DNA of 63,458 nucleotides, filler included, from Klebsormidium nitens (lineage: Eukaryota; Plantae; Klebsormidiophyceae), in assembly GCA_000708835.1 (NCBI GenBank). It is 8 parts of 8 records of this genome, joined end to end, with 100 filler letters (N's around TTAATTAATTAA, not from the genome) between each part and the next. Parts side by side here need not be neighbours in the genome. Positions count along the whole stretch, not along the records: positions 39,322 to 42,204 come from DF238628.1; positions 42,305 to 48,924 come from DF238346.1; positions 49,025 to 51,339 come from DF238715.1; positions 51,440 to 61,283 come from DF238183.1; 4 more parts are not named here. One strand, written 5' to 3'. Numbering within the stretch: position 1 is the stretch's first letter; each line of letters opens with the position of its first letter. Both the position numbers and the translations under genes were made by a program. The notes below the pieces were generated by a model. The model was not told the origin of the DNA. It searched no databases and saw only the letters and a program-made list of their open reading frames with translations. This document shows, one piece after another, positions 40,994-52,084 of this stretch.

Positions 40994-42204
40994 GAACGAC
41001 ACCACTGGGGAAGGTTTGCCAACGCAAGAAAGCGGGATGGAAAATGTCGAGGCAGGGAGGGGGCAAGCATGAAAGTGAATGTAAAGCGATCAGACGGATG
41101 CACTAGTAGGTAGTGAATAACAGATGTTGGTGAAAGCAGATTCAGTGAAACTTGGTGCGTGCCTGGCAAGAGAGGTGACGTCCGTGATAGAGTAGTAAGC
41201 CAGCTTGTCGCGGTCGCCCCTAAGAGGAAAGTAGAAGAAGCGGCATGAGAAACCTGGTTGCCTGAGAAGGGCGACTACTGTAAGAATAAGATTGGAGGAT
41301 TTCGGTGGTCGAGTAGAGGGCAGGCACCGGGGGATGCGAACTTGGAGAAGAGGCAGACAAAGGTTGCGGCACTCTGAAACCAGAATTGCGCAGGGGTTGC
41401 AAAGTCTTACACTCTCATTCAGACCCGCGGTATCTAGATTGTTCGGGCTCAGCCTGAGTTGGGGCGCAAGCCTAGGAAGGCAGGGGGACGCCGAGTTAGA
41501 TGCAACCGAAGTGCCGCCGGGCGGGGAGTCAAAGGTTGGTCATTGACCTTCAAGCGTATTTTTGGAACTTCGTCTTTCTTTATCTCGTCTGTTGTATCGA
41601 ACTTGTGTGTGCTTCTCCTTTGAGCTTAGGACCTCGCCACTGTACACGCGGGTTATTTGCGCAATATACTCGGTCAACTCTCCTCCCATCGGAGGAGTGT
41701 CTGGTGGAAGCCTGAAGGGAGAGGTTCAATTCGCTTTGTGTACATTACTTGTCAAGCAATTTACTTACGGAAATAGCGCGCAATGTGCACAGTGAGTCTG
41801 CTGTGGGAATGAACAGAAGAGAACGGTGTAAAGACAAATTCCTTACTGTGTTCTATATCTGACAAAAAGCACCCCGCTGTGATGGTTGGCCAGCTATATG
41901 CAGGGAGCTGGCAGGATAACTACACACGATCAGCTAACATGTGCGGAAACCATGAAAGCAGGCGTTCTCAAGCGATGGCGCAGCTCAGAAAAATTGCTGC
42001 CTTGCTGGAAGGACGTCTGGGAAGTGACTGGATGCAGCTAGGGGCGCTGCCCTGATCTGCCTCTCCACGATTCTTGACTGACTGAACGCAGGCAGAAACA
42101 AGACTCTGGAATCTTGAAGGATGTCCTGAGGGACTTGTCCAACAAGAGAACAGAAGTTGTCTTGAGCAGAAAGACAGCAATTTTTCTGAGCTGCGCCATC
42201 GCTT

Positions 42205-42304
42205 NNNNNNNNNNNNNNNNNNNNNNNNNNNNNNNNNNNNNNNNNNNNTTAATTAATTAANNNNNNNNNNNNNNNNNNNNNNNNNNNNNNNNNNNNNNNN
42301 NNNN
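42205..42304. other. Artificial contig linker
   Basis: TTAATTAATTAA at 42249-42260 within Ns. Confidence 0.97.
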
Positions 42305-42372
42305 CCTAAACCCTAAAACTAACCTAACCAAACCCTAAAACCCTAAAACCCTCAAACCCTAAAACCCTAAAA
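42305..42372 (-). repeat. Telomere-type repeat (CCCTAAAA)n, degenerate, at contig start
   Basis: CCTAAACCCTAAAACTAACCTAACCAAACCCTAAAACCCTAAAACCCTCAAACCCTAAAACCCTAAAA. Confidence 0.88.
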
Positions 42373-43525
42373 AGGTATTGCGTACGCTGGCGTCAATACC
42401 CTACACTAGAACTGTATGTGGGTCTCACCGTCGATGGCGGCTTGAGAATCCCATCGAGCGGTTTACCGACAACATTCATAATGTCCCAGTGGAATCTTGG
42501 ACCGGTCGGGTTATTACCGGTATGGCAAAAGGAGTGCCAGTCGGCACGGCACTTTGTAAATCGAGATCTACCGGGCCAAGGTACCGTGATCCGGATTCAC
42601 CGTATCAATACGGTAGAATTTCGAATCAGAGTACCGGTAGGTAATCCCTAGTGCCGTGTGGTCCTACGGTACATTCGATCAGCACGTCACGGACTCGCGC
42701 TGGTCTCGAGGGTGCGTATCCTACCGGGCCGAGTTATCTGCCCCGGGCCTTCAAGTTTGAGAGGTTGGATTCTGCCGCAGATCAGATTGAAGATTCTGTT
42801 GATTCGACAGACGAAATACCTGTTACAAAGTCCTGGACAGCTGCCTTGCCTGAGATGAGACTGAAGAAGACCACAGTACCGCAGTATTTTCGCCCGGTTG
42901 AACCAAGGTCCGCTAGTCACTTGCGATCTTTCGTCGATTTCCGGTTGCTGCCTGGTGGCGGCCAGGACTTGCTCACAGAAGCGACACGTCGCTTGTCAAA
43001 AGGCCGTGTGTGGCCCCCCTTATGACGTCAGCGCCAGACTTGTAGAGAGGACGTGTGTGGTTGAAGGAAGCTGCCTCACCGGCAACGCAAGGTGCAGACA
43101 GACCGTGCTCTCTTCTCGACTGTTCTCCCTGTTCTCCCCGCGTGCGTCTCCCTTAGCAAAGTTTCGTCACGCTGCCTTCTTGCTGTGAGCGTCCTAGGCC
43201 TGGAAGAGCAACCCTTGGGCGCCCACACCGCAGCTTGCTCCCCCTGTGGAAAACCTTGGAACCCTACACAAGCCATACACGGTTTAGTGTGTCGTCTCCC
43301 AAGAACATCTGTTGTGCGCACAGCTGGCAAGAGGGTGCTGGTTCTGTTGGTTCTTCAGGTGGTGCACGCCCGTCTTGTTGTCCCCTCTATCATCTGCTGA
43401 GTCTGCTCAAGATTGTCATATCCTCGAGCGCAGCAGGTTCGCCTCCTCTACCCCCCCCTCTCCCCTTTTTCAGCTCTGGCTGGCCCTCTGCGGGCTAGCT
43501 GGTGCTGTCCTGCCTACCAGGCACA

Positions 43526-43690
43526 ACGGCTTGCCCGGTTTATCCCCAGAGCGGGGCACTAGGCCCCCAGCAGGTGCTGTCAAAACTGCTGAGCTCCCCG
43601 GCTCTGCACGGGGGAAGAGGCGCCGCACCTTCCGAGGGGGGAAGACCCTCTGACCTTACCAAGCTGGCTGGAGGCGGTTCCGCTGTATAG
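43526..43690 (+). CDS. Conserved non-AUG (ACG-initiated) upstream ORF of GDP-L-galactose phosphorylase, 54 aa
   Basis: ACG GCT start. The peptide ends HGGRGAAPSEGGRPSDLTKLAGGGSAV*, matching the land-plant GGP uORF motif HGGRGALPSEGGSPSDLLFLAGGG, and stops 228 nt before the main ATG. Confidence 0.85.
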   Translation, partial: TACPVYPQSGALGPQQVLSKLLSSPALHGGRGAAPSEGGRPSDLTKLAGGGSAV

Positions 43691-43918
43691 CACACTTAGG
43701 AGTAGCCCGCTGTAGAGATAGAGATAGTTAGCGGTGCACCAGTCCGTCCATTGCTCGCTTTAGTGCCAGCGCTTGCTGCTGTACAGTTACACCGCCTCCA
43801 GGCTGTTTGAGATCCGGGCCCATCAAGCAGCCCCGCCGACTGCTGGCAGAGATCTGAGTGCCTGCAAACCCCTCCGCCGTCGTTTGCGCGGCTTGTCATT
43901 GCCCGCCACCCCGACGCC

Positions 43919-46673
43919 ATGGCTCAGCTGGGCGCCATCTTGACAATCCGGCGCGTCCCCACCCTGCTCTCGCTCAACCAGGACGCGGACGCCCCTGGGT
44001 GCGGCAATGCCTGCCTGGAGGAGTGCTGGGAGGCGCCAGGTGAGGGCCACGCTGCGGCGTACCACCCCGCTGCACATCATCACTGCTGTACATCACTACT
44101 AAGCGCAAGATCTTGTGTCTTGTGTGTGCCTGTGCTGGGCCAGGTGGCGCTGGCAGTGCTCTGGTGCTCAAGGGTGCTGCTCTGCTGCTGGCAGGTGCCG
44201 TCATTCCGCTGTACACGTACGCGCGGCGCTACTGCAGCAAGCCCAAGCGCACACGCTCATTTGGCGACCTGCACACCGTCCCCGACATTGACCCCCCCAG
44301 CAACAGCAGCGGCAGCGACAGCGACAGCGAGCCCGACAAGAGCTGCCTGGACCAGCTCCTCGTGGCACAGGTCAGCGCGCCGCGCTGCACACAGCCGCTT
44401 GCGGTGCCATCAGTGTCGTGTTGCGCCACTAGTGTCTCATTGTGCCACGATTGTCGTGCTCCTCTTGGCTGTGCACCGCCTGCTGGTGCCTGCTTGCCTC
44501 GCCTTCCCTCCTCTGCGCTGTCGGCCCTCTTACCTCGGCTGCTGTGCGTGTGCAGTGGGAGGATCGCGCGGAGAGGGGTCTTTTCCGCTATGACGTGACT
44601 GCCTGCGAAACCAAGGTACGTGCTGCTCCACCCCTTGCCCTGATCTGCCCTTGAAATGTCGCCAGATTGCTCGCATCTCGCTTTGTTTGTCCCGTTGTGC
44701 CGCTCTGTGTCCCTGCTGCGGCGTGCTGCTCCTGCGGGTGCTGCTGGCTGAGGCTGCGTGCTGCGCTGCAGATGCTGGCGGGGGAGTACGGCTTCATTGC
44801 ACAGCTGAACGAGGGGCGCCACCTGAAGAAGCGGCCCACCGAGTTCCGCGTGGACCAGGTGCTGCAGCCGTTTGACGCCGCCAAGTTCAACTTCACCAAG
44901 GTGGACCCCGCCGAGGTGCTCTTCCGCTTTGAGCAGTCAGAGGACGGCCGCTCCGACTACTACGAGCACGCGCCCGTCTCCGACAGCCCCAACGTCGTTA
45001 TTATCAATGTAAGCCCCCAACCTGCGCCAGCCTGCCTTGACAAGCTCCCCACCTCGCGCCGCCTCGCTGCCTCTTTGGTGCACTTGCGTGTCCCTCTGGG
45101 TGCCTGCCTGCGCTTGACCCGTGCGCTGACCCCTGCGCTTGTGGTGGGCCGCAGGTGAGCCCCATTGAGTACGGCCACGTGCTGCTGGTGCCGCGCGTGC
45201 TGGACTGCCTCCCGCAGCGCCTCGACGTTGACAGCCTGCTCCTTGCGCTGCACTTTGCGCACGAGGCCGACAACCCATACTTGCGCCTTGGCTACAACTC
45301 GCTCGGCGCATTCGCCACGATCAACCACCTGCACTTCCAGGTGCGCGGCAGAGGGAACACGACGCAGCTCGCACTGAAACGTGTTAGTCGGTGCTCTTTG
45401 GTGGTTGCTTGCGTATGGCGCTTGACGAGGTCGGTCATTCAGGGTTGGAGCTTCACGACTCTTGTTTGTGGAGCTTTCACAGTTCCTGGTGTGCCTAGCC
45501 TACCAGGGTCCACCATCCCCCGTGCTTTCCCCGGTGCAGCCTTGGAGACGCTCCCCAGTGCGCCGGCCGCTCTTGCGCGTGTCTGAGCTGCTGCCGCGTT
45601 GTTGCGTGCAGGCGTATTACTTGAACGCGCCGTTCCCCGTGGAGCGCGCGCCCACCGTGTGCTTCTCCCCCAAGAAGCGCAAGCGCGCCGTCAAGGTGTG
45701 CGAGCTGCGCCAGTACCCGGTGCGCGCGCTTGTCTTTGAGGTGGGCGCCAGCCTGCCGGAGCTCGCCGCCGCCGTGGGCCGCGTCTGCGCGCGCCTGCAG
45801 GACCGCAACCGCCCCTTCAACGTGCTCATTGCCGACAGCGGCGCGCGCGTGTTTGTGTTCCCCCAGTGCTACGCGGAGCGGCAGGCGCGCGGCGAGGTGG
45901 CAGCGGCGGTGCTGGACACGCAGGTCAACCCGGCCGCGTGGGAGATCAGCGGGCACATGGTGCTCAAGCGCCGCGAGGACTACGACGCCGCCACGCAGGT
46001 AAAGCCAGCAGCAGCAAGCCTCGCAAGCTGGGGAGCCGCGGATGGTCAGTTGAATTGCAGTGGTGCTTGTGTTCCATATAGCTGGCAGATTACGTTCCGA
46101 ATTCTGGGTGTGTTGTTAAGTAAACACCAAAGCTGAGACCTCGATCATTGGTAGGGACCTCGATTCAGCTGAGTCGTGTGCCTGCCTACCAGGGTAATTT
46201 GGTTGCAGGGCGTCCCGTGTATCGGAGGGTTGAAAGGGCGGCAGGCAGAATCTAATTACGGCGTCTCTGGCAGAGCAAAGTGTTGGGATCAGTCCTGTGT
46301 CCACTCTCGACCAGACATTCTGCAAGGGGTTGACTGGCTTCAGCAGCGCCTGCGGCACCGAGTCGGCGCAGGTGGTGTTTTGTCCGGCGCACTCTGACGC
46401 GGTGCTTCTGCTTTGCAGGATTGGGCGTGGGCGCTGCTGGCGGAGGTGTCGCTGGACGCGGCCGCCTTCCACGAGGTCAAGCAGTGGTGCCTCGACGAGG
46501 GCGACCCCGCACAGGCGCCCGACGAGGCGCAGCCGCAGCCGCCCAAAGGGGCGGGGGCCAAGGCGGTGCAGCACGCGTATGACGACGGGGAGCTGGCGCT
46601 GTTTGAGGACCTGCTGTACCCCGGCGCGGGCGCGGAGGACGCGGACGGGGTGGTGCCCCAACTGGCGGCGTAG
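43919..46673 (+). CDS. VTC2: GDP-L-galactose phosphorylase (ascorbate biosynthesis), 7 exons
   Basis: LTIRRVPTLLS, WEDRAERGLFRYDVTACETK, FIAQLNEGRHLKKRPTEF, INVSPIEYGHVLLVP, HIT-like TINHLHFQ|AYYL, NPAAWEISGHMVLKRR. Exons 43919-44039, 44195-44370, 44556-44615, 44772-45008, 45155-45340, 45612-45998, 46419-46673. Confidence 0.97.
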
Positions 46674-48924
46674 CGGGGAGGGGCGGCGGGCGGTGGCCAG
46701 TAGGAAAACAAGGTCGTAGCCTGTATCAGCGTTGCGTCAAGTTGGCCAACTGAGTATTGGAACCAACCATTTAGGCAGTCAAAAGTGGCTCTATTGAGTT
46801 TAGTGATTACAGTTCATACTTTTTTTAGTTATTGTAGGGTTTCGAAACGTTGTACGAAGATCCTGTCTTTGTACGTTTATGTCTAGATGGTGCCCTTTTC
46901 AAACAGACAGTGAAGCTGGACATACATTACCGGCAAAACGTGTTGCGGGCCAATCTACGTTGGCCCGATGAAGTTCTCCCTTTGTCGCTTTTCGGCTTGT
47001 TGAGTTGCTGAATGTCAATTGGAGGGAATTGTTGGTCCACCGGTTGATATCTGATTTAGTAGATCGAATTGCCCTTGGAGTTTAATTATATTGTTTAATG
47101 CTCTTCTGCCGGCCTCGCGGGAGACGAAGAAACTTGAAACATCATGCGAAGACAGATCGTCAGTATCACTTTAGCGAATTATGTTCTCTTTCTAATTGGC
47201 TGTAAATACTGCGTCGGTTTTGTATATGCTCCGGCCTCATGTTTCGCATTGATGAATGGCAACCATGCCTTCCGAACTTAGTGACATATGCTTGCGATAT
47301 ATGCAAAACACGCACAGATGATTGCTGCTTGCATGGCAGGCACGTGTGCATGGAGTCAACAAAGTAGTTCGCGCGCTGCAAACTTATGTTTCTGCTTGAG
47401 ATGTTCTTGTGTCATGAATACCTCCGTTGAAGTAAGGTATGGGCCGGTATCAAGGGCGCAGGCCAAGCTGTTTGGCAGATGCGTACTCTGTTAATTTATC
47501 ACAACGAAGAATTTCACTCGCTAGACTCGTTTTGAACGCGTCGCACGTACGTCCGTGACCATATACAATTTGGAAGTTCTACCGTTGTCACCCCATGTTA
47601 TACTACGATGCATGATCGATATACCAATCGCTGTATAAGCTGCTCGATCATATATATGCCCGTTGCTCCACTTGCCAAATGAACGGTTCTTCTTCATCAA
47701 TTCAGCATTCTCGCCGAACGTTGGCATGTGTGCACATGTGTGTGCGCTTAGCTAGTAAGCTGGGCAAGACATCACAGTATCGAAAATGTTAGCTCACGTT
47801 GAGGGACTGGCTGCGCCTGACGCCTGGCATGTTTCGCGGCGCGGCTAGCTACCGGCCTGGCCAAAACAATACCCTCACGGCTGGCTACAAGCTTTTATGC
47901 ACATAGATGATTCAACTCGTACAATGCAATGCGACCCGTGATCGGCTCGCCTGAGGGGCCCACGTTTGAGGTAGACCACTCCGAGTGTCCTACCAAACGC
48001 TAGCTCTCTGTCCTAAAGCAAGTGGCACAACCTTACCAACTCCACGTATACTTGTTCGCAAATCAAGACATGCCTTCTAGATATTCATCTTCGTTGTCCG
48101 TTCGAATGGGGTTCAAATCTCACCAGATCAAAGCCGAGCCTATACAATTGGCGGAATTGACCTTTTTGGATCTTCTGCTCCGGGGGCGCGCCGGGGGCCG
48201 ATCTGTACGCTAGACCTGGTTGTTTCGCTCTCCGAGAGTCATCCCCTTCAGACTCCCTGTTTCAATGGCGAGCATGCATCTGGGCTGGTTACATCCTTCG
48301 AACTCCGAATGTCATGCCATATGCCCTCGGTGCCAGATCGCCTCGACTACCCTGTAAGCGTGCAACACGTGGCGCAATCGAGCAAATACTAGGTTAAGCA
48401 GACTTGGTTATAATTAGAATAATCATACCTTAACTAGCGAACATGCTAGAACAGGATGACAAACGGACGCATTCCATTGGACGTCCATTAGCCATTTGCG
48501 TTCGCAGAATCCCTATAATTGCCGGATTCAATCCTAGGACGTTTCCACAACATTTTAAGGGTACATACCCGGCTATGTTACCGGTTGTGTAACCGTGACG
48601 GACCCAGGTACGAACCCAACATTAGCATGCAGTCCATTTTCATCATGACAATGCTTTTGGACATCCAAACTCAAGCAAGTCTCCACAAGGTACTTAAGTC
48701 AATTGGCATCGCCATTTCCAATTCGACTTTCATTCAAGTCAATTATCCATCACCAGCGGGCACCCGTGCCCAACCCAGCATCCGAGCGCCTTGAGCGTTC
48801 AACCCAGCATCCGAGTGCCGTGAGCACTCAATCAGTTGCCAGTACCATCGGCGAGCAGTACCGTACCAGCGACGACAACACCACGGAAGCAGAAGGACCT
48901 CGCGGAGAACTTAACCAGAATAGT

Positions 48925-49024
48925 NNNNNNNNNNNNNNNNNNNNNNNNNNNNNNNNNNNNNNNNNNNNTTAATTAATTAANNNNNNNNNNNNNNNNNNNN
49001 NNNNNNNNNNNNNNNNNNNNNNNN
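48925..49024. other. Artificial contig linker
   Basis: TTAATTAATTAA at 48969-48980 within Ns. Confidence 0.97.
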
Positions 49025-50669
49025 TAAATAGGAGCGGCGAGACCCGCTTTTTCCGATGCGTTGGACCAGAGCTTGCACCTCAACGGAAAAATGACGTCAG
49101 CATCAGTCGGCAATCGTTTGTATTTTTCGCATGAGCACGAGCACCGCCAGAAACTCGCAGGTGAGAGCGGACTTGACCAGTTCAGACTTCTTTTGAAAGG
49201 GTTCAAAACAGTCGTATCCCGGCTTTCACGATGCCAGCACCGTTTACGAACCTAAACAAGTGACGCCAACAGTCTTTTCTCGGGTGAGCTCCTACACTTT
49301 TGGGCCGTTGACGAGGCTTTGAAAGCGGCAGATCGGAGCGGTGACGTCACCTCACGGGGTTTCGTGCACCGCACTCCTTAATGAGAGATTCCTAGTCGGG
49401 TTGGGGCCCATATTTAAGCGTCAATCCGTTCCAGTTCCGCCAGAGTAACGGCGTCATTTTGTTGCTTTTGCGCATCGTGCGTCAAGTTGCACTCTAGGTG
49501 TCGAGAGGTATTGTGATAGCCGGCAGAATCGACGTTATCCGTCTATCCGTGGTGCTCCTTTCTTCTGCATCGCTCTCGGAAATTAGCTAATTAGCAAGTT
49601 CTGCTTCGTCCAGATGAGCACCGCGCACTTGTACTCGCAGGACGGACTTCTTGTGGTTGAACACCGCTTTGGGCGTGGGCACCTGGGACGCGTCGAATCG
49701 TCAGCTACCGGATCAGTTTTCGTACAACCTGCAGTTCGTGGGACCTAACGATGCCGACGTGTTTGCAACTGTCACTCGCAACGGGAATTCCAATCAGGTG
49801 CGTACTTTAGTAGCTTCTGATGTGGAGGAACAAGGTGCTCCCCTGGACTCCAAATCGGACGGCACTAGAATCCCCCAAGTACTCTCGCCTTTTACGTGAC
49901 TTTTAGAATCATAGACGAATTGCAACTCACCAAACCTCTTCGAAATGTTCAACTGCTTTCTTTCAGAACGGACGGGCTGAGTTCATCGGTGTGATGCGGC
50001 ATTCAGCGTAATCAAGTGCTGCGTGGGGGCGGAGGCTATGCGGAGCTTCTACAGGTACCATGTGCAAGACCGGGCTGAGAGCTCGTGCCCTGATTTCAGC
50101 AGTCGAAAAGCTTGGTGAGTCGCGGTTCGTCTATGATTCAAGTACAGTAGAAGATTTCCTAGGCCAAACTGGCGTTTAATGGGGGTTGGTTGCGGCCTTG
50201 AAGTTGCAGCCAGATTACTTGTATACGTACCAGACTGGTAGTCGGACGGCTCCAATCGAGTTTGGCTCTAGAGCTGCCCCAACAATCAAACTCACAATTA
50301 CCTCATTCAGCAAACAGGCCCGGGCTCAGCTCGCCCAATCACCTAGTAAATTTTGCAGTCGCAGTAACATTGACTCCCGATCTTCCAGCAAACGGGATAA
50401 GCATAACCGGAACTAAACCAGGCAGTCACGTGACCAGAAATTGACCGGGTTCCAACTGGTTACACCGAAGTACGTACTAAGCTGACGTCCATTAAATGAA
50501 CGGGAACAAGGAACCGTGCAGGCGCAACTCAAATAGCTCTAAATAAATTGGGGTAAAGGCGGAGTTTGCTTGCAAAAGCAATCGGTAAATAGAGCTTTCG
50601 AGATGCAAATCCACGAAATGATTCTCTCGTGAGCAGCCCTGAAACCATCCTTATTATCGTTTTACAGGT

Positions 50670-51339
50670 ACGATACGCCAGTTGCACCGAGACGCGCCAC
50701 CACGAAGAAGCGGGAGAAGGAAGGCCAATGAATCATCTATCAGACCTACTACGACTATTTCAAAAAGGCATTTCAAGCTCACGGAATCACGTCAGACAAA
50801 GTGGTCCATGCCGGCCGCAGGCATGGGGCACGAGCAGCTGCAGCTGAGCACTGGGTAAGTCACATCGGGCCGATCTAGTCTAAGTTTAACACCGTGGTGT
50901 CTGAGTCTGGCCGTGAGGTAATGCTCAGCAGAAGATTGCCGCAAAGGCCCCCCGAAAAGACCCCTGGTTCGGCTGCAAAATTTCCAGCTTGCCTTCCAGG
51001 AACGCCGTCATATTCTTGCTCTGAAGATTGTCATCTAGCCTCGCTTTTTATTGCTCTGGATACTGATGACGTAGTCGATTCAAGACTGACGGCGACATGG
51101 ATTCCGAATCACAAGGCAGCACCAGGGACAGTCGCACAGGCATTGTCGTAGTCAAGGCCGTCTTCCACAAGCCTTGCTTGCTTCCGTGTTGTTTTGACTT
51201 GGAGTTCGATCTCATTCAGGCTTCCTCCGTGTTTATGTTCAGAGCCAAGGAGAGAGAAACCCAAGGTCTTCGTCGTTGGACGTACGCTTAATTCGACATG
51301 TCCTACCTGACCTCACTGCCCACCAATGTGGCGTTTGGG
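50670..51339 (+). pseudogene. Crypton-like tyrosine-recombinase (Ndc10 domain II-like) fragment, decayed
   Basis: IYQTYYDYFKKAFQAHGITSDKVVHAGRRHGARAAAAE (H-x-x-R), GTAAGT donor at 50855, then LRRWTYA*FDMSYLTSLP (W...Y-L-T-x-L-P catalytic-Tyr region). Contains in-frame stops. Confidence 0.6.
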
Positions 51340-51439
51340 NNNNNNNNNNNNNNNNNNNNNNNNNNNNNNNNNNNNNNNNNNNNTTAATTAATTAANNNNN
51401 NNNNNNNNNNNNNNNNNNNNNNNNNNNNNNNNNNNNNNN
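51340..51439. other. Artificial contig linker
   Basis: TTAATTAATTAA at 51384-51395 within Ns. Confidence 0.97.
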
Positions 51440-51796
51440 GAATTCCAAATTGCTTCATGAGCGTCTGTGCATCTTTCTGAATATTTGGGAAGGCTGCCTG
51501 ATATGCTGCATCTACCCCACCGTCGAAGAAAAGCAGGCTGTTTGCAGGGGAGACGGCTGCGCTCAGATCCAAACCCATGTCTAGCAAGCCTTCGAATGAG
51601 GTATGAAGGAAACGACAACTATTGTACCTCAATGGATCGACGTTCTTCAGAGCACGTTCGAGACTACGAATCTTGTCCTCATCGATGTCGAAGAAAGTGA
51701 ACGTATTCATACTAGCTAGCATTACGAGAGCAAATTAACTTCTCCTCTGAACGCATAAACTGCTTGCAAAACTACTGTAGCTCGGTGCGAGAATAT

Positions 51797-52084
51797 CTAC
51801 AGCTGATTCCGCGCAGCTCTCTGCTGTCCGTCCCAACGATCCCATTTACCCTCTTGTCTCAGAGATGCGTCCCCCGTGAGCGTTCCGGTTCCTTCCTTGA
51901 AGGCACCCGAGATCTTGTCACCGATCGCCTGGGCCCGATTCTGCACCTTGGCTTGGTCGATCGCCGTATGCCCTTGGAACCTCTGAGCTTCTCCCTCGGT
52001 CCGCAGCCGCTCGCTCGCGATGCTGCCTACGGCTTCCTTGGATGCACCAATGACCTTGTCCTTGTAACCTGTGACTTTCGACAT
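51797..52084 (-). CDS. CsbD-like small hydrophilic stress protein (95 aa, two repeats)
   Basis: MSKVTGYKDKVIGASKEAVGSIASERLRTEGEAQ...GDKISGAFKEGTGTLTGDASLRQEGKWD, a duplicated CsbD-like pattern. Confidence 0.7.
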   Translation of the reverse strand: MSKVTGYKDKVIGASKEAVGSIASERLRTEGEAQRFQGHTAIDQAKVQNRAQAIGDKISGAFKEGTGTLTGDASLRQEGKWDRWDGQQRAARNQL

